Shown: positions 18,343 to 29,307 of the stretch, in pieces
How the letters are laid out: each line of letters begins with the position of its first letter
How positions within the stretch are numbered: the stretch's first letter is position 1
Assembly: GCA_965116905.1 (NCBI GenBank)
Contig: OZ220732.1
Location: 4,000,001 to 4,064,000, forward strand
Source: Longimicrobiales bacterium
GTDB lineage: Bacteria > Gemmatimonadota > Gemmatimonadetes > Longimicrobiales > Gaopeijiaceae
Length of the DNA: 64,000 nucleotides
Direction: 5' to 3'
The notes under the pieces: generated by a model
Told to the model about the DNA's origin: nothing
Database searches by the model: none
What the model saw: only the letters and a program-made list of their open reading frames with translations
Made by a program: the position numbers and the translations under genes

Positions 18343-20745
18343 TCAGTTCGCGGGCCGCGTGATCTCGTACTCCTTCGGCGGCTCCGCACCCAGCAGGTGC
18401 TCCACGAAGTAGTCCCAACGCCGGCGGATGAAGTACGGCTCGTTCAATCCGTGGGCCCGGTCGGGCGCCCAGATCAGATCGTAGTCCTTGTTGGCCTTGG
18501 TCAGTTCGTCGATCAGCTGGACCGTCATCGAGGGGTGCACGTTGTCGTCCATGTCGCCGTGCATGAGCAGCAGCTTGCCCTTCAGGTTCGCGGCGTGGGT
18601 CTTGTTGGCCTCGTCGGTGAAGTTGGTGGTGCCGCTGGCGGAGTCGGCCACGAGGAGCCCCTGGTACTTCTCGGCCCAGTAGATGTTGTAGCTGGCGTTG
18701 TCGTGGTTCCCCGCCCCGGACACCGCGACCTTGAAGAAGTCGGGGAACCGCACCATGGCGTCCGTCGACGCGAATCCGCCCCCGGAGTGGCCGTAGATCC
18801 CCACGCGGTCGAGGTCCATGAAGGGGTACCGCGCGGCCAGCTGCTTGATCGCGGTGACGTGGTCGGGCAGGCCGTTGTCGTTGAAGTCCCCGTAGTAGAT
18901 GTCGTGGAACGCCTTCGAGCGGTGGGGCGTGCCCATGTGATCGAGCTGGATGACCACGAAGCCGAGCTTGGCCAGCGAGAAGTCCTCACCGCCGGACTTG
19001 AAGGTCCACGAGCCCACGCTGCCCACCTGCGGACCGGGGTAGATGTGGTCGATGACGGGGTACAGCGCCGACTCGTCGAGGTCGTCCGGGAAGTAGATGA
19101 GGCCGTAGATGTCGGTGACGCCGTCCCGCGCCTTCACCGAGAAGACCTCCGGGGCGCGCCAGCCCACTTCCTCCAGCCTGGAGATGTCGGCGGTCTCCAG
19201 GGTGCGGATCACGTCGCCGGTCGCCAGCCGCCTTAGCACTGAGACCGGCGGATCGCCGATGGTGGAATACGTGTCGACGAAGAAGCGGCCGGACGGCGAC
19301 ACGGAGATGGCGTGGTTGCCCACCTCGCCCGCGATGGTGGTGAGGCCGCTGCCGTCGTAGCCGACGCGGTAGAGGCGCCCGTAGTAGGGGACTCCCTGCT
19401 CGCGTCCGTAGGCCGTGAAGTAGATGCGCCGGTTCGCCTCGTCGACGTGCCAGATTGCGCCCACGGCCCACGGGCCCGAGGTCACCTGGTTCTTGACCGT
19501 CCCGTCCTTCGAGAAACGCCAGATGTGCGCCCAGCCGTCGCGCTCCGACCACCAGAAGGCGTCGTCCGTGCTCTCGGACACGAACCAGGATGTCGGGTTG
19601 CGTTGTGCGGTCTCCACCCATGTGCGCGCGCTGTCCCCGGCAACGAGCCTGAAATCGCCCGTGGAAGCGTCGACCTCCGCGAGGTGATTGCTCTTCGACG
19701 CACGCGTCTCCCAGTGCATGTAGGCGAAGCGCGAGTCCGCGGACCACAGCGAATCGACCTGCGAGCCGCCCAGGTAGAGGCGGTTGGGACGCGGTTCGAG
19801 TTCGACGCGGATGTTGCCGACTTCGGGGAGCGCGCTCCCGGGGCCACCGGATCCCGCGCCCGTGTCACCGTCGGATCCGCCCGCGTCACCGTCGGATCCG
19901 CCCGCCGCGACCGCGCCCAGCGTCTCGCCGACATCGAGGATGTGGAAGGCCGGAAGCGGCACGATCGAGTCGCCCGGCAGTGCGTACGGCTGCGAATAGT
20001 GCACCGTGCGCTGGGGCGTGTAGGAGACGTAGTGGTGATGCTCGACGCCCCGCTGGTCCATCCGCTGCACGAGCAGCTTGCGGGAGTCGGGAGACCAGTA
20101 GACGTCCGGCCGACGCACCCGCTCGTTGCGGATGTCGTTCGGGCGCGGGTAGGCGAGGCCGTAGCCGTTGAACTCCACGCCGTCGGTGGTCAGCTGGATG
20201 GTGTCGCCTCCGCCGACGGGGCGCACGAAGAGGTTGTGATCGGTGACGAAGGCTTCCCAGCGCTCGTCGGGGGACTCGACGAAGGGCGTGTCGTCGGGCA
20301 GCGTATCCCCGACCTGGCACATGTACTCGCCGAGGTCGCACTCGAAGCGCTTCGCCCTGGCCGCGAATTCGATACGGGTCTCGTCGCCGTCCACGAACTC
20401 GAAGTCCTCGAAGGGCAACTTTTCGGGCACGTAGCTGGTGTCGGCGGCCAGGGAGAGCGCCGCCGCGAGGCGGTAGTGGTCGAAGAGCGGCCGCTTCACG
20501 TTCGCCGCCGGATCGACGAAGGTGAATTCGTGTCCGGCGCCGGTGTTGTTGCGGTACCAGAAGCGGTCCGTGTCGTGGATCCAGTTGGGCGTGACGGGAC
20601 CGCCGGCGATCAGGGGCGACGTATGCCAGTTGAGCAGCAGTTCGGCGCGGTGGTAGTCGACGTCCTGGCCGGCGGCGGGGGCCGGCAAGGCAGCGGCGAT
20701 GACGGTGCAGAGGGCGAACGGGAAAGCGGATGGGATCGGGCGCAT
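18343..20745 (-). CDS. S9B dipeptidyl peptidase IV family, exported
   Basis: DPP IV N-terminal propeller, YPGPQ, GHSGGG nucleophile, HGDMDDNVH, AHG; signal peptide. Confidence 0.92.
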   Translation of the reverse strand: MRPIPSAFPFALCTVIAAALPAPAAGQDVDYHRAELLLNWHTSPLIAGGPVTPNWIHDTDRFWYRNNTGAGHEFTFVDPAANVKRPLFDHYRLAAALSLAADTSYVPEKLPFEDFEFVDGDETRIEFAARAKRFECDLGEYMCQVGDTLPDDTPFVESPDERWEAFVTDHNLFVRPVGGGDTIQLTTDGVEFNGYGLAYPRPNDIRNERVRRPDVYWSPDSRKLLVQRMDQRGVEHHHYVSYTPQRTVHYSQPYALPGDSIVPLPAFHILDVGETLGAVAAGGSDGDAGGSDGDTGAGSGGPGSALPEVGNIRVELEPRPNRLYLGGSQVDSLWSADSRFAYMHWETRASKSNHLAEVDASTGDFRLVAGDSARTWVETAQRNPTSWFVSESTDDAFWWSERDGWAHIWRFSKDGTVKNQVTSGPWAVGAIWHVDEANRRIYFTAYGREQGVPYYGRLYRVGYDGSGLTTIAGEVGNHAISVSPSGRFFVDTYSTIGDPPVSVLRRLATGDVIRTLETADISRLEEVGWRAPEVFSVKARDGVTDIYGLIYFPDDLDESALYPVIDHIYPGPQVGSVGSWTFKSGGEDFSLAKLGFVVIQLDHMGTPHRSKAFHDIYYGDFNDNGLPDHVTAIKQLAARYPFMDLDRVGIYGHSGGGFASTDAMVRFPDFFKVAVSGAGNHDNASYNIYWAEKYQGLLVADSASGTTNFTDEANKTHAANLKGKLLLMHGDMDDNVHPSMTVQLIDELTKANKDYDLIWAPDRAHGLNEPYFIRRRWDYFVEHLLGAEPPKEYEITRPAN

Positions 20746-20882
20746 GCTTCTCACTCCGAGTTTCGTTGGGGACGACACGGTTTCATCTTGCGGGCGGGCC
20801 GCGACACAGGCAAATCGGATGTTCCCCTGTTGGCCCGGGGGCTCCCGATCGCGGGCTGCCAGAACTTCAGCCGGAGACCACC

Positions 20883-23369
20883 ATGCGCCGAACGCCGTTC
20901 ATCCTCTGCGTGGCCGCAGCCGCTTCCTGCGCCGGACTCCACGCGCAGGACCGCGCCTCGGTCCTTCGCTACGCGAGCCTGCTGGGCAACATACGCGGCG
21001 AACTCCACATGCTGCCGCCCGTGAGCACGGGGCCGATGAGCCCTTCGTGGTCGCCCGACGGCACCTGGATCGCCTTCGCGATGGCGGGTGACATCTGGCG
21101 CATCCCCGCCCAGGGCGGCACGGCGGAGCAGCTGACGCGGGGACCCTGGTACCACTTCGAGCCGAGCTGGAGCCCGGACGGGTCGCGCATTGCGATGACG
21201 GTGGAGACAGGAAGGGGTCTCGACATCGCGCTCCTGGATGTGGACGGGGGCGACGTCACCCTGCTGGTGGAGGGCGGCGGCGTGGACGTGCAGCCGGCGT
21301 GGAGCCCGGACGGTCGGTACGTGTACTTCGCCACGGCGGGACGGGGCATGGACGTGCACCGGATCGAGGTGGCGACGGGCGAGCGCGAGGCGGTGGCGGA
21401 CGGACCGGGCAGCCAGTATCAGCCGAGGGTGTCGCCGCAGGGCGTGCTGGCCTACATGGCTCCGGCGCCCGAGGTGACCGGGAGCGGGGGGATCTGGACG
21501 AGGGCGCCGGCGGATGGCGCGGCGCCGGCTGCGGCGGTGGGCCAGCCCACCCTTGTGCGGGCCGAAGAGACCGCGTACCGGGCACGGCCCGACTGGCTTC
21601 CCGACGGGAGCGCGATGGTCTACGTCTCGGACGACGCCGGCTCGAACGACCTTGTGCTGATCTCTGCGGACGGGGGGAACCCGCTGCGTCTGACGGGCGG
21701 GACCAGTCACGAACTCACACCGCGGGTCAGTCCGAGCGGCGAGGAGATCGCCTTCGTGTCGAACGAGCGGGGGCCCACCGAGCTGCACGTCATGAGTGTC
21801 GCGGGCGGGGCGCGCGAAGCCTGGCGCACGCTCGACCTGAGCGATCGCAGTCACCTGGCGCCGACCGGCCGGGTGTACGGACGGGTCGTGGGCACGAGCG
21901 GGCCGCACACCCCTGCACGCGTCTCGGTCACGGCCTCCGACGGTCGCGGCTACGCTCCCCGGGACGGCTTTCACAGGGTCCTCACCCCCACCGAGACCCA
22001 CTACTTCCGCACGGCCGGCACCTTCGAGGTGGAGGTGCCGGCGGGACCCGTGACCATCGAGGCCCGCAAGGGACTGGAGTTCCGCCCGGTCGCGCAGACG
22101 GTCGAGGTGCCGGCGGGTGGCCGCGTCGAGGCCGTGTTGCAGCTGGAACCGCTCGTCGACGCCCGGGAGGCGGACTGGTACTCCGGAGACACGCACGTCC
22201 ACGACCTGCACCAGGGACGCCAGGGCCTCACCCACGCCGACTTCTTCAACGACCTGGTCAGTGAGGACCTCAACGTCTCGTTCGCCCTGATCCACATGGA
22301 CGGCACGCGGCTCATGGGCCGGTGGGACGACCTTACGGGGCAGCCTCACCCCCTCTCCACCGGCGAGCATATCCTGCAGTACGCGCAGGAGTTCCGCGGT
22401 TCGTTCGGCCACGTCGGCCTGGCTGGGGTCAGGGAGTTCATCATGCCCCTGGTGGGCGGTGCGGGAAACACGCCGTTCGCCGCGGACGTGCTCAACGCCG
22501 ATTACCTCCTGGCCGCTCGGGAACAGGGCGCCACGGGCGGCTTCATGCACCCCTTCAGCGGGCTGGTGGCCATGCCCGACTATGTCGGCGTCTCGGAGAT
22601 CCCCGTGGATGTCGCGCTGGGCGCGGGCGACTTCTACGACGTGATCTGCTTCTGGTACGACGAGCTGAACAACGCCGAGGTGTACTACCGGCTGCTGAAC
22701 GCGGGCTTCCGTCTCGCCGCGACCGGGGGCACGGACAACTTCTCGGACGTGTGGCGCGATCCGGGGCCTGGAGCGAGCCGCACCTACGCCCGCGTCGAGG
22801 GCGAGCTCTCGGTGGACTCCTGGCTGGAGGCGGTCCGGGAGCGGCACACCTTCGCGACGAACGGCCCGCTGCTATTCCTGACGGTCGACGGCGTGGAGCC
22901 CGGTGGCGAGATCCGCGTACCGGGAGGGGGTGGGGGGGAACGCACCCACGTGGTCGAGATCGACGTGGCCAGCAACAGCCCCCTGGACCGGGTCGAGATC
23001 GTGGTCAACGGCGCTGTCGAGGCGACCCACGAAGCGGCCGGGATGGGCGAGCGCTTCCGGGTCGAGAGCCGCATTTCCCTGGACGGCAGCGGCTGGATCG
23101 CGGCGCGGGCGCTGGGGCCGCCGTCACCGCTCGTCGCCGACAGCTACGCCTTCGCGCAGACGAGCCCCGTGTGGGTGGTCGCGGGGGACAGCGAATACCG
23201 GTCCGCCGACGACATCCGTTTCCTGCTGGAGGCCGTGCAGGCGTTCCGCGACCGGGTGGTGACGCGCGACCGCTGGGTGACCGCGGCGGATCGCGAACGA
23301 TTCCTGGCGCGGGTCGACGAGGCCGCGGCGGTGTACGAGGGGCTGTTGCGGGACCTGGAGGCACGCTGA
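20883..23369 (+). CDS. TolB-like (PD40) propeller fused to a CehA/McbA-family PHP-like metallohydrolase
   Basis: Repeated PSWSPDG units, then WYSGDTHVH, QEFR..FGH, FMHP, GGTDNF and TFATNGP. Confidence 0.8.
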   Translation: MRRTPFILCVAAAASCAGLHAQDRASVLRYASLLGNIRGELHMLPPVSTGPMSPSWSPDGTWIAFAMAGDIWRIPAQGGTAEQLTRGPWYHFEPSWSPDGSRIAMTVETGRGLDIALLDVDGGDVTLLVEGGGVDVQPAWSPDGRYVYFATAGRGMDVHRIEVATGEREAVADGPGSQYQPRVSPQGVLAYMAPAPEVTGSGGIWTRAPADGAAPAAAVGQPTLVRAEETAYRARPDWLPDGSAMVYVSDDAGSNDLVLISADGGNPLRLTGGTSHELTPRVSPSGEEIAFVSNERGPTELHVMSVAGGAREAWRTLDLSDRSHLAPTGRVYGRVVGTSGPHTPARVSVTASDGRGYAPRDGFHRVLTPTETHYFRTAGTFEVEVPAGPVTIEARKGLEFRPVAQTVEVPAGGRVEAVLQLEPLVDAREADWYSGDTHVHDLHQGRQGLTHADFFNDLVSEDLNVSFALIHMDGTRLMGRWDDLTGQPHPLSTGEHILQYAQEFRGSFGHVGLAGVREFIMPLVGGAGNTPFAADVLNADYLLAAREQGATGGFMHPFSGLVAMPDYVGVSEIPVDVALGAGDFYDVICFWYDELNNAEVYYRLLNAGFRLAATGGTDNFSDVWRDPGPGASRTYARVEGELSVDSWLEAVRERHTFATNGPLLFLTVDGVEPGGEIRVPGGGGGERTHVVEIDVASNSPLDRVEIVVNGAVEATHEAAGMGERFRVESRISLDGSGWIAARALGPPSPLVADSYAFAQTSPVWVVAGDSEYRSADDIRFLLEAVQAFRDRVVTRDRWVTAADRERFLARVDEAAAVYEGLLRDLEAR

Positions 23370-23426
23370 GTCCGGGCAGGGTGAGTCCGCACAGGTGAGT
23401 ATATGAGTATATGAGTATATGAGTAT
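23367..23426. repeat. TGAGT-anchored repeat with a (TGAGTATA)x4 microsatellite between convergent genes
   Basis: tgagtccgggcaggg tgagtccgcacagg tgagtata tgagtata tgagtata tgagtat. Confidence 0.85.
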
Positions 23427-23445
23427 GCCTCGGCGCCCGGGGCCC

Positions 23446-25737
23446 CTACCTGTCGGCCAGCGGCACCTTCGACAACAACGACTTGTCCGGCAGCACCGAC
23501 GCGCTCCGCCGGTGACTGATCATCACGAGCGGACAGCTGGTCGCACGCGCAATCCTGAGCATCAGGCTGCTGAACACGGCGCGTCTGCGGCCCCGCCGGT
23601 GGAATCCCAGGATGAGGAGGTCGGTCTCCGCCGCGCGGCTCGCCACCTGGGCGACCACATCGTCGCCGACCACCACTTCGGCGTGCGCCGACTCTCCCAC
23701 CTCGTCCCACGCGAGCCGCTCGAGATCGCGCATAGCCCGCTTGCGCACGCCGGCGCCGACGTTGGCCGACACGACCCCCATGTACGCGACGTCCCGGCGC
23801 CCAGTCCGCAACAGACTGCCCAGCAGGCGTGCGCGCACCGGACTCTGATCACGGCCGCCCCGGGATGGCGCGAGGATCCGATGCGCCTGTTCCGGCTTCC
23901 AGTCCTGCGGAGCCCGCATGATCACCACGTCCGCATCGACGGCACCGATGAGGCGCGCCAGCGGACCCGTCATGAGGGAATCGTCGAGGTGCCCGACTCC
24001 GAGCAGGAGACTCTCGCAACGGGTCGCTTCGGCGACGCGGGCGATCTCGCTCCAGGGATCCTTGTGCAGCGTGATGAGCGCCTCGGGCCGCAACTTTACA
24101 TCGATCGCCGTCCGGAGGGCCCCTCCCAGCACCGCCTGCGCATCGCGGATTCCCCTGCGCAGCCCGTCGCCCGACGCGTCCTCGAGCGAGCCGACGACGG
24201 AGAGCAGCTGGACGCGCGACACGTCCGGCGGAGCGAGCGCCTTCGCCATCGTCACGAGCATTTCGGCACTGGCGGGGTTGGCGATCGGTGCGAGCACCAC
24301 CGGACGGCGCCCGCGCAGCCTCATCATCTGGGGATCGCGTCCCTCCGATGAAGCGTCCACGACGCGTGCCCGCGGTGCCAGGTGCAGGGCATAGAAGATG
24401 GCGCCGGCGCTGAGCCAGAGCGCCGCGAGCACGCCCGCCTGCGGTACCGCAACGGCCTGGTACAGGGCGATCGCCATGCACGCAGCCCCGCCAACGGCCG
24501 GAATGGAAGGAAACCACGGCGTCCGGAACGCAAACGGCCGCCCGGCGCGCTTGCGGGCCAGGTATCCGATCAGGTGCGTCAGCGAAAAACAGGTCAGGAA
24601 GATCAGGCTCGCGACGGCACCGGCCACCGCCACGTTGGGCACGGCGATCAGGAGAAAGGCGACCACCGCGGCGGACAGCCAGATCGCAGCCGTGGGAGTC
24701 CCGGTGCCGGGTGCGAGCCGCGCGTAGCGCTGCGGCAGCGTCCGGTCCGATCCCATCGTGCGGGCAAACCGCGAAGCCGCCAGCAGGTTCGCCTGCAGCG
24801 CCGAGAGCATGGACAGGATACCCGCCGCCACGACCAGCCAGTAGCCCGCCGAGCCCATGAAGTTGCGGGCCGCCACGGCCACGATGATCTCCGGATTCTC
24901 CGCGGCCACCGCGGCCACGGGCCGGCCCGGCGAACCGACCGCCACGATGAGGAAGAGAAGCGGGAGGTAGATGACGAGCGCCGTCCCCAGCGACAGGAAC
25001 ATCGCGCGGGGCACGTTGCGCCTGGGCCGCTTCACCTCCCCGCCCACCGCCGCGATCAGGTCGAAGCCCTGCAGAGCGATGAAGGTGTAGCCCATGGCCT
25101 GGGCCAGCCCACCGAAGCCTTCCAGGAAGAACGGGCGAAAGCGCGCGGCCAGCTCGCCGGGCGCAGGCGCCTCGGTGGCGAGCGCGAGGAAACCCGCCAG
25201 GACGATCACGGCGAAGACGATGACCTTCCCGACCGTCTCCCATTGGCCGCCACCCGCGGCCGACCGCGTCAGGCGCCAGACGTAGAAGCCGACGGCGGCC
25301 AGCGCGTAGAAAACCAGCGCTCCCCGGCCCCCGAGCCACGGTGGCGCCTCGCCGTTGACCAGGATCAGGAACTGCTCCAGAAGCGGAACGAAAAAGACCG
25401 CGAACCCCATCGCGTACAGCACCGCCGCGACCACCGAGGCGAACCAGACGATCCACCCCACCGCGAACGCCGCTTCGACGGTCAGTACCTTGCGCGCATA
25501 CGTGTACGTGCCGCCCGACTGGGGGAACCGCGCGGCCAGCTCCGCAAAGGAGAACACCGTGATGAAGGCGATCACCCCGTTCAGCGCAAAGGCCACGATC
25601 GCACTGGGACCGGTGGTCTGGAACGCGACGCCCGCCAGGGCCAGGATGCCGCCGCCTACGATCGCGCCGACGCCGATGCCCGTCGCGCCGAGAAGGCCGA
25701 GGTGGCGGTGGGAGTGGGGGTGGGGGGACCCGGTCAT
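23446..25737 (-). CDS. APC-family amino acid permease with C-terminal universal stress protein domains
   Basis: GAIVGGGI, AELAARFPQSGGTY, GFDLIAAVGGEVKRP; C-terminal VLAPIANP and RILAPSRGG USP-like repeats. Confidence 0.88.
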   Translation of the reverse strand: MTGSPHPHSHRHLGLLGATGIGVGAIVGGGILALAGVAFQTTGPSAIVAFALNGVIAFITVFSFAELAARFPQSGGTYTYARKVLTVEAAFAVGWIVWFASVVAAVLYAMGFAVFFVPLLEQFLILVNGEAPPWLGGRGALVFYALAAVGFYVWRLTRSAAGGGQWETVGKVIVFAVIVLAGFLALATEAPAPGELAARFRPFFLEGFGGLAQAMGYTFIALQGFDLIAAVGGEVKRPRRNVPRAMFLSLGTALVIYLPLLFLIVAVGSPGRPVAAVAAENPEIIVAVAARNFMGSAGYWLVVAAGILSMLSALQANLLAASRFARTMGSDRTLPQRYARLAPGTGTPTAAIWLSAAVVAFLLIAVPNVAVAGAVASLIFLTCFSLTHLIGYLARKRAGRPFAFRTPWFPSIPAVGGAACMAIALYQAVAVPQAGVLAALWLSAGAIFYALHLAPRARVVDASSEGRDPQMMRLRGRRPVVLAPIANPASAEMLVTMAKALAPPDVSRVQLLSVVGSLEDASGDGLRRGIRDAQAVLGGALRTAIDVKLRPEALITLHKDPWSEIARVAEATRCESLLLGVGHLDDSLMTGPLARLIGAVDADVVIMRAPQDWKPEQAHRILAPSRGGRDQSPVRARLLGSLLRTGRRDVAYMGVVSANVGAGVRKRAMRDLERLAWDEVGESAHAEVVVGDDVVAQVASRAAETDLLILGFHRRGRRRAVFSSLMLRIARATSCPLVMISHRRSASVLPDKSLLSKVPLADR

Positions 25738-25806
25738 TGGGATATGATACCGCCTGCGCGCTTCCGCGGAAAAGCGGGCTTGCGCAGAACACCGCCCGCC
25801 AGCCGG

Positions 25807-28800
25807 CTATTCCCGCATCGAGTACGGCCTCGGCGCCGGGCTCGGGTTGGGCCACACGCGCGCGGCATCCGTCCCGCCGAACAGCACGCCGCCCTTCATC
25901 ACATACCGAATCTCGGCGACGTTGCGAATGTCCTGCAACGGGTTGCCGTCGAGGACGACCAGGTCCGCCAGCTTGCCGACCTCCACCGACCCGATCTGAG
26001 CATCCAGGCCGTGGTGTTCCGCCCCGCGGATGGTGGCGATCTCGAGGATCTGCGAGGGCGGGAAGTCGCCGCCGGCGAAAAGCTCCAGCTCCCAGTGCGT
26101 GCCCAGCCCCATCATCTGGCCGTGCGCGCCCAGCTGCAGCGAGGTGCCCGCGTTGTACAGCTTGCGCAGCTCGCGGGCCATCTCCCACGCGTACATGTCG
26201 TCGGGCCAGAGGTGCGTGCTACGGCGCACGCGCATGAGGGACATGGGATCGATGAAGTTGGTCAGCTTCGGATCCTCCCACAGCTTGCCGGCCTGGTGGA
26301 ACCAGCCTTCGCCCATGGGACCGTTGTACACGACGGACAGCGTCGGGGTCATACCCGCGTCGGTGCCCGCCCAGAACCGGACCACGTCGTCGTGGAAGGG
26401 AGCCAGGCCCATCGAGTGCTCCAGGCCCGTCACCCCGTCCAGGATCTGGGTCAGGTTCATCTGCGGCTCGGCGGCGGACTCCGAAAGCACGTTCAGGCCG
26501 AGCTCGCGCGCCGCGGTCGCGACCAGGTGCCGACGCTTGCGGGTCGGCTGCGAATAGTCCTTGACCGCGATGGCGCCGTGGTCGCGGTTCCAGCGCAGCT
26601 GTTCGCGTGCATCGACGAGCGTCTCGATCGGGCGGAACATGCGGAGCCGGCCGCTCTGTCTCCTGCCGTAGATGACGGAACCGGTCGTCAGGAAGCGGGG
26701 CCCCGTCATCTTTCCGGCGCGGATCATGTCCGTCAGCCAGCCGTCCCGGTACTCGTTCCCGTAGACCTCGATCATGGTGGTCACGCCGTACGCGACCGGA
26801 CCGCGCAGATACGCGGGCGCCTGTTCAATCACGTGCAGCGAGGAATGGTCGATGTGCGGATGCGCGTGCGCGTCGATCAGACCGGGGATGATCGTGCTGC
26901 CGCGCACGTCGAAGACGCGGGCGCCCTGGGGGACCTCGACGTCCGGGCCGACCTCCGCGATCCGCCCGCCGTCGACCACGACCGTGGCGCTGTCCATGAC
27001 CGTGCGGGCCACATCCATGGTGATCACGCGCGCGTTCGTCAGTGCCACCACGCCCGACAGCCGGTCGACCTCGTACTCGATGGCCAGCTCCGTGCGGCGG
27101 GCGGTGGACCCCGGTATCCGCTCGCCCGCCCACTCGGCCGCACCCGCGCCGGCCACGCCGCCGCCGGCCACGCCGCCCGCGACGCCCCAGTCGCTCCCCT
27201 CCCCCGCCACAATCTCTTCCACGGTCTTCTCGTAGAAGCCGGTGCCGCGCGTCCATCCCAGCGTCTCGCCATCCCCTGACCAGACCATGTAGCCACCGTC
27301 CTCCGGGTCCACGCGGTACGCGCGTCCCATCCCGTCGTACGGCGACACGGTCACCGGTTCCGCCCCGGCTCGAAGGGCACGATGAAGCTGCGGTGGTATT
27401 CCCGGACCGCCATCCACTCCAGGTCGGGCGAGGGCACCGCGTCCACCGCGTGCGGGAACACGTAAAGCGTCCGCTGGCCGGCCCCGTCGGTGCCGATCCG
27501 CTTGAGGACCAGCACCCCGTCCTCGAACTCGGTGAAGTACACCACGTCTCCACCCGGTCCGAACACCACCGCCGGCGGGATCTTGCCCGCGATGTTGGCG
27601 TACTCGAGCGGCTGCCCCTCCACCCCGGTGAGACGCCGTTCACCGTCCGGGCCACGCACGACCAGCTCGAACTGCGACTGGTTGGACAGCCAGCGCCCCT
27701 GGTGCAGCCCTCCGGTCCCGCGAACGAACGCGAGCTCCGTGCCGTCAGGGGAAAGCGCGAGGCTCCCGTACTGGGACGCGACCGCCGTCAGTTGCGCCGC
27801 GTCGTCAGCCGATCCCGCGTCGCCCGATCCCGCGTCAGCCGATCCCGCGTCAGCCGACCCCACGTCGCCCGATTCCCCCGCCGCCGGGTCCATCCGCCGC
27901 ACCGAACCCAGCTCGTCGTCCGTCCACGACGCGAAATAGAGGGCGCCGCTGGACGGATCCACCACGGGGCTCGTCTCGTGCGCGTCGGAGCGCGTCAGGT
28001 TGCTGGCCCCCGACTCGTCGTGCAGCCAGAGGTCGCCGAGCGCCTCGGAGATGACCCCGCCTGCCACGCGCCGGCCCCAGCGATGCGTCCGCGTCCGCGC
28101 CCGCTCCTCGGGCAACCGGGTCGCGAAGCGGATCGTCTCGGACATCTCCCGCCGCACCGGGGCGCTGAACGGAATCCGCCACACCGTCCCGGTGACCACG
28201 TCCACCGAAGCAAGACCGCCCTCGTAGCCCAGAACCACGCCGCTCCCGTCTTCGTACCACGCCAGGTTCGGGTAGGGACCATAGGCCTGACGCGTGTCCT
28301 GGCGATCCCGGTCGAGGCCCGTCAGCAGGACGCGCTCCTCTCGCGTCTCGAGGTTGAGGAGCATCAGCACCGTGCCGTCCAGGCCCCTGTGCACGTAGGC
28401 CACCGCATTGCCGCTCGGCGAAAGCGTCGGCTGAAACGCGCCGCCCGGCCGCTCCACGACGATCTCGCTCGTCCCGGCCGCCTCGTCGAACCACTCGATC
28501 CGGGCACCCCCCGGCGGAATCACGTACGGATTGAAGCCGAAGGGGTATGTGGCCTCCGCGTGGTGCTCGAACAGGAAGCCCCGGCCTCCGGGCAGCGGCT
28601 GGGCCCCATTGACCGGTCCCCGCCCGGTGATCAGCGACTCCGGCCCCCCGCCGTCAACGTCGAAGGCCACCAGCTGGCTCGCGATCCCGTCACCCGAGAC
28701 ACCCGCGTAGATCCGCCCGCCGTCGCCGGACCAGGCGGGCCGGTAGATGTTGGCGTCCGGCCAGTCCGAGACCTGCCGCACCGCTCCCGACTCCCGGTCG

Positions 28801-29219
28801 AGCACCCAGACCTGGTGGCTCCCGGTCCGGTCGGAGGAGAACGCGATCTGCCGCCCGTCCGGGCTGTAGCGGGGGGACAGGTTCCATGAGCGTCCGGATG
28901 TCAGCGCGACGGCATCCCCGCCGAGGATCGGGACTTCGTATATCGTGCCGAGCAGGTCGAAGACGATGTGTTCGTCGTCGGGAGAGACGTCCACGCTCAT
29001 CCACGTGCCTTCGGTGGCCTCGAATGCCAGTTCGCGGACGGGACCGGTGTGGGCCTCGACGGTCCAGGAGGGCTGCTGGGCGTGAGCGGGGGCGGGCGCT
29101 GCAGCTTTGGCCGGGGCGGGCGCTGCAGCGTGGACGAAGGCGACCAACAGTGCCCCGACAGCCGCCGCCGGCGCAGAATCCGAACGGTGAGATACCGAGA
29201 AGCACGCGGTGGAATCCAT
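25807..29219 (-). pseudogene. TolB/PD40-amidohydrolase fusion split by a single-base frameshift (pseudogene or sequencing error)
   Basis: ORF 27351-29219 (EGTWMSVDVSPD, PD40 repeats) and ORF 25807-27417 (PGLIDAHAH, GAHGQ, GKLADLVVL) join into one 1137-aa frame if one G is added to the G4 run at 27363-27366. Confidence 0.75.
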
Positions 29220-29307
29220 CGGGGTCTCCTTGGTAGACGTGCGATGCCAGTTCAGCTACGCAACGTAGGTCCAACCGGTTCGTTGCGCCCGCCTTTCGGG
29301 AAGTCCC

